This document shows positions 35,001 through 46,131 of a DNA stretch of 64,000 nt, piece by piece. Every line of letters begins with the position of its first letter. Positions within the stretch are counted from its first letter, which is position 1. The position numbers were made by a program, and so were the translations under genes. Source of the DNA: the human T2T-CHM13v2.0 reference genome, Homo sapiens. The stretch lies in the NCBI RefSeq assembly GCF_009914755.1, contig NC_060925.1; one strand, given 5' to 3'. Under the pieces are notes generated by a model that was given only the letters and a program-made list of their open reading frames with translations, searched no databases and was not told the DNA's origin.

Positions 35001-36894
35001 GTCAGAAAAAGAGAAAAACAATAAACACTCCAGAAATTCTGTGAGTCTACTTGGTATAAGAAAATTTTTGTTGTTTGGATCTTCAAAGAGGGAAAGAAGA
35101 ATAAATTAAGAGTCTCAGAGAAAAAAGAAAATATCTCTGAGTAGTCCTTTTTACTTCTTGCTGAGAGCAGAACTTATCGAGCAGGTGACCTTTATGAGAT
35201 TATTGTTTATGATCACCCGGCGTGTGCCAAGAGTAGCAGGAAAGAGTATTCCAATTTATTTCAAAGGTTACATATCAAAATTGAATATGCAGTACAACTA
35301 CATTATCATATGGTAAACTTTTACATAAGAAGTTGGAGCTGAACCACTACCATTGTTTCCCTTCAACCCAGTGTGTTTTGATTTCTGTTCTGCAAAACAT
35401 GTCCCTTCTGATTCCTAAAATGGAATACAGCGCAGTGATGCAAATAAAGGGAAAAAAATGTTGTTGTTTGCTGTTGCTGTTGTTTCTCCAACTGAGAAAC
35501 TTGATTCAAGTTTAGGAGATCTATGGAATTATTTTCTCAATGTATTCTATGCAAAAGTAATGAAATTTATTCAATGTTCACATTTTTTAAAAACCAAGTA
35601 ATCACCGTCATCTAGCAATGTACTACAGAAGTTGAAATAACAATACCAAAGAGTCACATGGGCAGCAGCAAGAAAAAATTCTGCTTCTATCAGAGAAGGG
35701 AAATTGACCAACAGGGACATATTTTTCCCCTACCCATAAAAGGCTTTTAGGGAGAGGATACTGTGCATTTTGCTTTCTTCAATTTTCCTGCGCATGCAAC
35801 TTAACGTTTTAGTTCAATAAGTCTGCTCATCTTCAACTTTATCGCTTTGCACAGAGGGGAACATAAATGGTGAGAATTTCCTATCCTCTTCTTTCCTTCT
35901 CAGTTTTCAAACTCAATTGTCAGAGAAACTCCAAGTGCAGAGTTGACCACACCTAACCTCGTTTCTTTCTTAAAATGTGCTAATTGAAAAAAGAGTATTC
36001 TTGCCTCACAGGGTAGACAAGCAATTCTTTAAATTAACAGATCAATCTGCAAACATTTGCTTAATGTCTGTTAGACCTTTAACATACTTTGGTGTCAGAG
36101 TTCAAAACTGAGCCAATCACTTTATCCTAGGGGCAAGAAAAATAAGGGGAGCAACCATCTTCTCAGTTTCCTTTCATCTCCTGCTCCTGAATTCTCCCCA
36201 GGAATGGCAGACATGGTAGAACAGCATGGCATATGGCTCCTCAGAAAGAATTGCTATATAAGAGTCCTAGAACAGAAAACATTTTCCCCCTGAAAATGGG
36301 AATTTTAAATCAGGACTCTCTATGCTTAAACCACAAATACATTTCAAACTGCTGGCATAGAAGAGTCCAACACACCATCTTCTGGCATCAGAGCCCCTTT
36401 AAATAAGAGAATCTGAATAGCTCCTGCAGCTTTTGAAATGCCCTCTGATCTCCACCGTCTCTAATGCCTGCTTTCACGTGTACTTCCATGGGTTCCCGCG
36501 GTAACTGACAACGCGGCTCCCTGCAACTTCAAAGCCAAACTTTTCTCTTTGTCTGGTGAAAGAGAATTTAAAGAATGACAACAATGAAGCAGGTATAATG
36601 CTGGAAACTGGATACAAACCAGGTAAACAAATCTGAAAGACTTCATGCAGATATAGAAAGTTGCAACAGCTCAGGAGAAAGCCAGCACACACACTCAGGC
36701 TATGTGGTTCCTCCTACGTGCAATTAGCAAGTTTCACAGGCCTGTCATTCAACTTGCTAACTGACGCTGATCTTCTAAGAGATACCTTAATGGAATGTTT
36801 TCTCATTCTATAGCTGAAAAGCAAGAATGAGTGATTTTACTCTTCCCAGACAACAGTTAATATGCTGTATCATCACAAAATCCATCAATTTATT

Positions 36895-37500
36895 TTTTCT
36901 TCATTCATTCATTCACATACTCATGCTTGTCAAGTAACTCATTTATGCCATGCACAATGCTAAAGACTTTCATACATTTAATCTCATTTAAACATATTTT
37001 ATTCCCATTTACTGTCAAGAAATTGAGGCTCAAAGAACTTAATTTACTTTTTCTAAGTCACAACTAATAAATGAGAACAAATTGTGAACCAAGGACTTTG
37101 AACCACCAAGCCCAGTACAAATGCTCCAAGTGAAAATAAATACAGTGACAGGTTGCTATGGAAGCAGAATAGTGGGGTAGGTTAAAGAGGAAGGGGGAAA
37201 ATGCAGGGAGGTCAGAGAAGAATTTATAGAGTGTCATGTGAAATAAGATTTGAAGGATGGATAGAGTTATATCAATGGTTTCCTATTTATCCAAAATGGG
37301 AAGGCAATTTACATTGGTCAGTAGGGGGGGCATAGAAATAGAAGAATGTAGAATAGATTGAGTTCTGAGAACAATGAAAAATATGATGTGTTCAGAGTCA
37401 GGACAATGTAGCAAGATGAAGGGCTGCATGTGTGAGGTGGGTTCAGATAATGAAGGAGCCTGAAAACCACACAAAGAGCTTGGCGTATACAATGTCAGCA
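36895..37500 (-). mobile_element. L2 remnant with an adjacent or nested MIR (~36930-37120)
   Basis: L2 tail (tcattcattcattc), MIR core (cccatttactgtcaagaaattgaggctcaaaga), L2 body (ggttgctatggaagcaga, agatttgaaggatggatagag). Confidence 0.65.
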
Positions 37501-38384
37501 CAGAGCATTATGTAATGCTTCTGAGCATAGGCAGTTGAGGTTAGATGGTGCTTAAGATGATTTCCTAGCACCAGTTTAAAGCTGGAGAAAGGAAGATATT
37601 GGGGGTAGAGATTCCTGAGCTTAGAATGCTGTATAAAGATTTCAGGCTGCAAGTAAAGAAATCCGGACCTTGAGTGAGGGGTGGGAAGAAAAGGAGGTGC
37701 ACAAAGGAGATTTGCCACAGGAGTGCTGTCCTTCTCATCTGAAAATAATCTTGTCTGTCATAATGATCAAGGCCGGTCTAGCTAGGAAAGATAGCCAAAC
37801 TGTAGGGATATGTAGCAAATGGGTTAGAACAACTCCCTGGCCGGTTTCAACACCTGTAAAATGGAACCAAGGATGCCTTCCTCCCCACACAGCACACTTT
37901 GAGGAACTGCTGTTGTTTTTCGCAGTGCCTCTGTGTATTGTAGCCAGCTCCTTCTTGACACACACATCAATAACTCTGTTCCCCAGCAGTGCTCAGAGAG
38001 CTCCTCTGGTGCTTTTTTTCTTCTGCATCCCCAACCTCACTTGCCCTCATCTCACTAGTCCCCAGATTCCTAGACTTATCTCCTAACTCACTGTTCTCCC
38101 TGCAGCTTCTTTCAGCACACCCAGACACGGGAGAGCAGTGGTATGTGTCCTTGGTTGGCTCTAATAGTACAACCTCAGCCCAAGCAAAGAAGTAAATTAG
38201 AACTGACACCATCCACTTAGAGTTTTAGATATTTGTTTCTGTACTCTCTCAGAGCATTTACTGGTTAGGATCAAATAAAATATATTCTTTTTTGTCTTAT
38301 CTACAGGCTTTCTTCAAAAGGTCTTTTAAATCCTTGGGAACAACCATTCATTAATTTTCTCACATCTCCGTGGTAAAGGAGAGG

Positions 38385-38465
38385 CATGGTAACTATTAGC
38401 AACCCCATTTTACAGAGAAGGACCCTAAAGCAGGAAGAGGTTTAGTGACTTGCCCAGAGCCAGTC
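38385..38465 (-). mobile_element. MIR core fragment
   Basis: ccccattttacagagaaggac ... gaggtttagtgacttgcccagag. Confidence 0.6.
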
Positions 38466-38619
38466 TGTCAATCATTCCCCAGGGAAATCAATACCAGCAT
38501 TTCTGTGGCCCTCAAGAAGTTTCCTTGCTTTTCATGGGACCACAGAGGAGGGATTTAATTTAAAACTGAGACTTAAACTCTGGTGTCCTCTCATGTACTT
38601 AATTTCCTATTCTTGAGGT

Positions 38620-38821
38620 CAATGATTTTCAAACTGTTGCCCGAGGAAGTTCAAGTGTTCACAATGGTGCTTCAGGGTTTGGAGCAAGTAACAAAATATT
38701 TTTCACTGAACAGTGAATATTTAAACTATCAAGGTACCCATTCTTTACTTTTACCTCCTTTATATATTGAAATTCTGAATAAGATTTTTTTTTTTTTTTT
38801 TTTACAATTTGAAAACCACTG
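38620..38821. mobile_element. MER102-like hAT MITE
   Basis: TIRs caatgattttcaaac / atttgaaaaccactg, with 8-bp TSD-like flanks cttgaggt / catcaggt. Confidence 0.7.
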
Positions 38822-39514
38822 CATCAGGTCATGCTATTGTCCAAAATGGGCTAGGGTACAATAGTTATAAATCAGCTCTTCAGTAATGTCACATACACAA
38901 GAATCAGAAGAACTAAAAGATCTGAAGCTAATTGTATAACAAAGAATAATTTCTCATCAAGAGAAGTGGAGCCCATTATACTCTTGAAATAATTTGAGAT
39001 TGAAGCTTTTTTTTAACTATCTAGCCTCATCTTGCATTGACTGAAAAAGGAGTTTTAATTCATAGTATGTATTAATATTTTGTCTAGGAGGTAGATACTT
39101 TTGATTTCATATTATATTCTATCACAAAAAATAACACCATATTCAACTAACAGTCTCAGCTTGGATTGGACTGAAGGCCTTCAAATCCTCTCTTAACATC
39201 TAAAGATTGCAGGAATGCTTTGGTGGGTATTTACTAGAGGTTTTGGTCAGTTCTCAGATTCTGAGACCCCTTTCAAATAAGTAGCTTTGCTATCAGCTCA
39301 TGGCAGTAGCAAGCATGCTCAGAAAATCTCCTAGACATATAGACAAAGTCTACATTTTCTGTTCTGGGTAGAAATCACCCTGTCAAGCATTCTTCAAAAT
39401 GTGCCTTCTCTTTCTGGTGTGACCCAGTTAAACTAGCTAATGCATTCCCACACAGCCTTCAAGCCCCAGCTCAAGTGTCTCCTGGCACCAAAGCCTTCTG
39501 CATTGTCTATCTTT

Positions 39515-39983
39515 TGTTTGCTGCACCATATTTGACTCTGCATTCTTCCCTACTCTGCTCTGTGGCCTAGGAAGCTGACCCATATTGACTTCATCGATGG
39601 GATCCCTTTTCCTTTGCCTTCTGCCTGGCTTTGGCCAGTGAGAACACTGGCAGAAAATCAGAAGACAAGGGGAGAGTGAGGCAGGGTTTTATCTCTTTAG
39701 CGGCATCCCTGGGGTTGCCATCCATCGTCTGTGTACTGAAGATCATAGCTCCTGTTAAACAGTTTTCTCCATCCAGCTCTTTCTGTTCCAGGATCCAGGA
39801 ATTACTGTCTCCCCTGCTCTTCCCCTTCACTCCTTGAAGCCTGGAGTATAATTTCCAACGTATTGCACAATCTTGTTTCCCTACACTTGCCCACACCTTT
39901 GTAAATGGTCACTGTAAAAGCCTTTCCTCTGTTGCCTAATTTGAGTGTGCCAAGTGTTTTTTGTCAGGACTCTAACTGGGACA
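39515..39983 (+). mobile_element. LTR33-like ERVL solo LTR inserted in L2
   Basis: cttgcccacacctttgtaaatggtc ... aatttgagtgtgcca ... caggactctaactgggaca 3' end. L2 sequence on both sides (cttcaagccccagctcaagtgtc; gtctatctccc). Confidence 0.7.
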
Positions 39984-40339
39984 CTTTCCCGTACTTCCAT
40001 TTCTGAATCAGAGTGAATCTCTGGTTCCACTGTACTTCCACAACTTGCGTATGAGTGACACATATCACGTTACAATGATCTGTTTATAAGTCTATCTCCC
40101 TTCCCAGAGTTCGAGGATATTCTTGAATCCTTGCAATGTCTGGCACATTGTAGACTTGAAGTTAAAGTCTGCATAGACATTTTCAGCCACTGCTTACTTT
40201 ATTGGTCTACAGACATGCTAGCAAGGCTTTGAAAGGGCAGAACTTCCTAATGTTACTACATCCACATGCATACATCATTTCCATTCTCAAGCTTAGAGGA
40301 AATAACATGAAGATGTGATGTCTGTATCCCCTATTCCTG

Positions 40340-40436
40340 ACTGTGAGTTCTTCTAGGATACATTTCCCCCCAGTGTTTATCAAGTGCCTGACATTAAGTA
40401 AGGCATACATAAATGTTTGTTGAATAAATGAATGGA
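40340..40436 (+). mobile_element. L2 3' end
   Basis: agtgcctgacattaagtaaggcatacataaatgtttgttgaataaatgaatg. Confidence 0.75.
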
Positions 40437-40769
40437 TCTCTTTTTTTATGTAAAACCCAAATAATTAAGAAAGAAACAAAATAAACATGGTATGTTGTTT
40501 TATTTTCTTAGTTTTAGCAATTCGTATTTTTCTTTATACCTTAATTCTGTGAATGGGAGTAAATGGGCACTGTTGCTTCCCAAATACTCATAAGGATAAA
40601 ATAAATACAGCAAAGATAGTCAAAGTAGAGATGAATTTTCTATGTAAGATTTGCATAGTTTTATAAAGTCAGCAAACTTTTGATTAGTAATGAGACTCAC
40701 CCCTACATTTTTTCATAGTTTCTTGGAAACTGGAGGGAATCTTAGAAAGCATCTCATCCAATCTCTCAT

Positions 40770-40950
40770 ATGTTAAAAAAATATTTATCATACATCTACT
40801 GTGTGCCAGGCACATTTTAAGACATGGGAAATATGCTGCTGAACAACATGCCTTTGTGAAGTTTACTGTTAATAAAAAAGGAAGAAAATAAAGAAGATAA
40901 ATAAGTAAAATGTGCCGTGGGTTAGTTGGAGATAAGTATTAAGGCAAGAA
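40770..40950 (-). mobile_element. L2 3' fragment
   Basis: aaatatttatcatacatctactgtgtgccaggcac. Confidence 0.65.
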
Positions 40951-42918
40951 CTAGGAAATGGCAAGAGATTGCTTCTTTTGGATGAGGAATTCCACCGTCA
41001 TACTCATAACAGAATGACAGCTGGTTCTATCATCCTAATGATGATATTAAAACATTTCCAGTGATGGGGACACTCTACCTCAGAAGGTAGCTACTTGCTT
41101 GGATAAATATTTCTGGTTTCTAGAAGACTTTTTCTTACATTTCAACAATCTTAGTTGTCCACGTGCAGGTAAGAAAATGTCAACTTAACGGCAGTCCTTT
41201 GGATTTGAAAAGAAACTACTTGAGTTTCACTACTCATGGTTTTAAGGGTATCTCAAAAATTTATTTCTGACTTTGTTTCTTAAACATAGTTTCATCCTGA
41301 ATATGTAAAATACTATGGAAATAGCAATAATATTCTGTATTTGTTACTGCTTTGCCCTTTAAAAAACATTTTCACATATTTTCTAATGCCTCTTAATCTT
41401 CAGAGTAACTTCCAAAATAATAACATCTTTATAAATGAAGAGACCAAACCTGAGATGTTAAGTTAGTGCTTTTGGCACTTTGAATTATATACTGAAGAGA
41501 TGTAAAAAAATCTGTATACATACCAATGTGTTTGCTCTGAAAAGTCAGCCTGTTACAGGTCTAGTAAGGAACAGGTAGCTATAATCTATTTTTCTATTGA
41601 TTTGATCCTTATAATCAACATTTGACCTTGTCTTTCTAGAATGCTAGTTTAATAAGAGCAATTTATAGTGCTATACAGTTTTGGCTGATCATTGAGAATA
41701 AACTTCCTAATCTTTTTCATCCTGTTCAAACTAACATTCCTATTGCCAAGAAATTATAAATTTGCGTATGAAAGAAAAAGAAATAGCTTTAGATTCTAAA
41801 GTGTTTTCGTTTTTAAAAATGTTTGTCATCCATAGGTTTTGGGGACATATAAATCTCTAGATGCTCATTTTCCAGTATTTAAGTAGGATTGCTTACTCAT
41901 TCAGGCACTTCTCCTGCTTCAAAATCCTCAGCATAAAATATTCCTCCTTCGTGGAAAATCTGATTTCTCTAACTGCAAAGGTCATGGAATAATGTCAATT
42001 TGAAGAAAAAGATAGGAGAACTCATTTAATGTTCCTAAGGTATAATTATGCCCTAGAAAAGTCATTTTCTCTAAACATACAGCATTCTTTCTTAACCAAA
42101 GGCAAGGCCATGGAAGCCAGTACAATGAAATGCCTCATTTCATAGAAAAGGTACCTAAAAACAAGAATTTATAATACAGCAACTATGTCCAAACTCCTCA
42201 TATGTCCTGATCTCTGAGTTCAGCAGCCCAGAAATTCTCTTGTCTGTACTAAGTTATAATTTTTAAGTCTTAAGGGAAACTAATCAGAAAATCATAGGTA
42301 CCTGGAAACAGATCCACTAGGGTTTCCTAACTATTCTCGTAATTTTAACTACCCTACATTTGCCATAACTTATGTTTTCTCTATAGGGAGATAGTGTCAT
42401 TTATAATCAGAAAAGTAAATAATCATAGATTGCAGGTAGTGTCATAAGGATAAAATACTGAAGGATGGATGGAAAAATGTTAGTAGAAGGTGGAGGCTGG
42501 AGGCAGGGAGATGGATTGCTGGAGACAGGAGAAAAAATAAAAAGGACAGCAGATAACAATTAGTTTTTCTCCCTCGTGCAAGGTTGGTGATGAACTGTGG
42601 ATTGAGAATAGTGATGAGTTATTTATGCTGCTGGTGCACTCATCACCTGGTGGTGTTCATGCAGATTTCTCATAGAGGAAAGAACAAATAGAGCATCACT
42701 ATAAGAGCTTCAGAAATTGAGAAGTTTTATTGAAAATACTCATCACATCTCCAGGCCTTCTAAACTGGGCTAGTGCACACATTTAAAATCTAAAATTTGA
42801 CACCAAAGATGGGGGGTGGGGAGTACTTCCAGTTCTATAAACAACTACTGAAATCATATTGCCTTTTGCTAAACTTGTTAAAGTAATTCAGTGGTAAGAG
42901 ATCCATATTTCATATTTC

Positions 42919-42938
42919 AGGCATGTTCAGGCATGCTG
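42919..42938. promoter_or_regulatory. Candidate p53/p63/p73 response element
   Basis: AGGCATGTTC AGGCATGCTG is two RRRCWWGYYY half-sites with zero spacer, a 19/20 match, both cores CATG. Confidence 0.55.
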
Positions 42939-43287
42939 GAAAAGGGGCAAATGCCAAGCCTTGTATATCTCAGATCTCAGGAGGGACACTGAGCTATTAT
43001 CGGGTCTATATACATATATGTGTATCTGTGCATTTGAGTGAGCTTCTCAGACTTAGAGACATACACTTACATATCTGCCAAAACATGCATTGATTGTCCA
43101 TCACATACATGGTCACTCACCTTACAAACAGCTCTCAGATAGCAATGCATAATAATGGCTACTACAACATCCTCTAGTTTGGGGAACCTATCCTTCATTT
43201 TCACCTTCACATATATTAAATCTACCCATAAGACAAAGATACAGAAGTGGCTTCTAACTGCTATGATAAAGAGTAGCATGGCCTTAA

Positions 43288-43598
<311 letters not shown>

Positions 43599-43949
43599 CT
43601 TAACTTTCAAATTTAGGATTAAGAAGGCATTGTTTTCTGTAGACTCTCTTGTAGGACTGTAGAATAGAGTTTTTGTAATTTATAGATCAGCTACATTTTG
43701 AATTCAATAAGCTTTGATAGTTAGGTTGAAACACTAGCTAGCATTAAATATTTTATTCCTAGAGGAAAATGCACTCTAAGTGTTCAAGTAAAATTTCCAA
43801 ACATGGTATTTATCAGGCCTTAATTGCAGGGATATGGAAATTGGAGTCCTGTTTGCTCTGTCTGTAAAGCACAGGGAGAGGAGATGGTCTAATAGCCTTG
43901 GAAAGTGCTTTGGAATTTAAACAGCCTTTTCCACTTAGGAGCAAAGGGT

Positions 43950-44090
43950 ACCTTGAACATGTTACCTGAACTCTTTGAGCCCCAGTTTCCTCCACTAGGA
44001 AAAATACATGTTCATAAAACTTCTTTCCAAGAGTTTTGTGAGAATTAAATGAGAGAATATATAGAAAGTGCTTAGCACCCAAAGTTTACT
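43950..44090 (+). mobile_element. MIR SINE
   Basis: ccttgaacatgttacctgaactctttgagccccagtttcctc ... gttttgtgagaattaaatgagagaatatatagaaagtgcttagcac. Confidence 0.8.
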
Positions 44091-44384
44091 CAAATTATGG
44101 TAATTCTTTTACCATTTCTTTGACTCAATAAAATATTATTTCTTTTTCATTCTCAGTTTTTCCTGTAACACCATTTCCACATTCTCTTCTCCCCATCTTG
44201 ATGGCACTTTCTGTTTTCTTTTACTCCTCTCTTTATGCCTTTGCTTTCTCTCTGGGCCTGAAGCAATGTCATCTCATGGGCCACTATTGAATAGATAGAA
44301 TTTTTTTCTAACACCCACCTCCCTTGAAAGTTCTCTCTCTCTCTCTCTCAATCAATTTAGGAAGCTTCCATAGGTAGTATTTCC

Positions 44385-44560
44385 TGCATACCTACTATAT
44401 ATCAAAAACTTGATGTAAATATCACAGATATTATGATCTCACTTAATCTTCATAACAACCTATGCAAAATTAGGTACTGGGAAATTTAAGACTCAATTGG
44501 ATTATATGGTATGCCCAGAACGAGAGAACTGGCATATAAAATTTCTTCTATCTGCAACAT
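44385..44560 (-). mobile_element. MIR SINE
   Basis: atacctactatatatcaaaaact ... tctcacttaatcttcataacaacctatg. Confidence 0.6.
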
Positions 44561-44597
44561 TTTAGCTTTCAGTTAAAGTTTCCTTTTGGTAAATAAG

Positions 44598-44718
44598 CAC
44601 ACGCACATGCACACACACACACACACACACACAGAGAGATAAGGAGGAGGAGAAGGAAGAAGAAGAAGGAGGAGGAGGAGGAGGAGGAAAGAAGAAGAAG
44701 AAGGCAGAAGAAAGCAGA
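44598..44718. repeat. (CA)n followed by a (GGA/GAA)n polypurine tract
   Basis: Direct reading. Confidence 0.9.
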
Positions 44719-46109
44719 GACTGTGAGATATGAAAAAAGAGAAACTAAGTATATGCAAAGTTCATCTGATCTGAATTCCCACCTTCCGCCCATGAAGAGA
44801 CTGTTCAGGTGTTTAAACGTGATGTCCATGTTTTTGAAAACAAATTTGAGGATGCGAATCCCTTTTCTACTCTTTTCTGTACCTTGCCATAAATACAATG
44901 GCATGATCTGAGAGTTCTGTTTGTGAGTTGTATTGACAAAACATTGTCTAGCAAAAACTCAGCAATAAAAGTGTGTGGCATATTCTGCTGGGGTGTAGAT
45001 ATTCCTGTGTGCAGTGGGCTTCTCACTGAAGTATAAGGCATCTCCACTTCTCTAGCATTAGCATGTCTGGCTTAAAAAATAAAAAATAAGGTGACATGTC
45101 TGTCACTTCCCTCTGAGATATGCCACATGCCATAAAACATTTCAATCACCCCTTGTGCTTAGAGTAATTCTCTTTTAGGCTTGGCTCCTCCTCAAGATTT
45201 TTCAGGTAAACAGCATGAGATTAGTGTATGTAATCTATAGAAGGGAGCATGGATGTTTTTACTTCACTGTTCTTTTTAAATTGAAATAACAGCAAACAAG
45301 CTTAATTTAACAGTGATTTTTGAGCATTAATAGAAGAATGAGAAAGGAAGAAATCCTACAAAGGAATACTATTATTGAGGAAAATCTCAATAATCTACAT
45401 GATATTTCCAAGTGGTAGATTTTATCTCAAAATGTCTATGTCTAGAAATCTGTAGTATACAGTTCCAAGTAGTCAAAGTTTCCTTATATGGCTCCATGTG
45501 TACAGGCACATCATGATTGTGTCTGTTTTTCTGTGAGTTTTCCAGGCTAAAGTTTCCCAGCTTGGCAACAATGCGGCACAGGGTCTGTTAGCTTAAGGCA
45601 ATTGATTCTTCCCCTGATTTTGGCACTGCACTAGAACGGCTCTCAATCCAAAATCAAGGAGAGAAGAAAGAGAGAACTGAAAAGACAAGAAGGGAGGGAG
45701 GACGCCAGGAAGGGGAGAGAGAAAGAAAAAAATATATATATTACTGACAAAATACTACTTGATAACCAACGTTGTCAGTACAATCATTGTCACTCGATTT
45801 AAGATGGCACAATTTAAAATTCATAATGAAATCTATTTTAACTGTGAAATATATAGATTTCGAAAAGATTTTTCTTTTGCAAAAGTATGAATGCTGTGAA
45901 ATACATGCTTCTTTTTTTACATTGCATTTTAACCTCTTAGGATAACTTTACCATAAATGATGTGAAGTTGTAGCTATCAGCCATATCCAATTAAAAATGC
46001 TAAGCCAGTTTCATCTAGAAAGAGAGACGCTGACAATATCTAAATATATATATATATGATAAATTAGTTATTGTCAAAGCGATCACCACTCATTATTGTG
46101 CTTATACAA

Positions 46110-46131
46110 CAGTGTCATCTAGTGGACACTG
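46110..46131 (-). promoter_or_regulatory. Candidate CTCF core motif
   Basis: The minus strand reads cagtgtCCACTAGATGACACtg against the consensus CCAC/GYAGRKGGCR, with one core G>A mismatch. Confidence 0.35.

Noticed and set aside
38111-38131. REST/NRSE-like ttcagcac
   Set aside because: The right half-site (GGACAG) and spacing do not match.
42642-42658. Second CTCF-like motif (tcacctggtggtg)
   Set aside because: Several core mismatches in either orientation.
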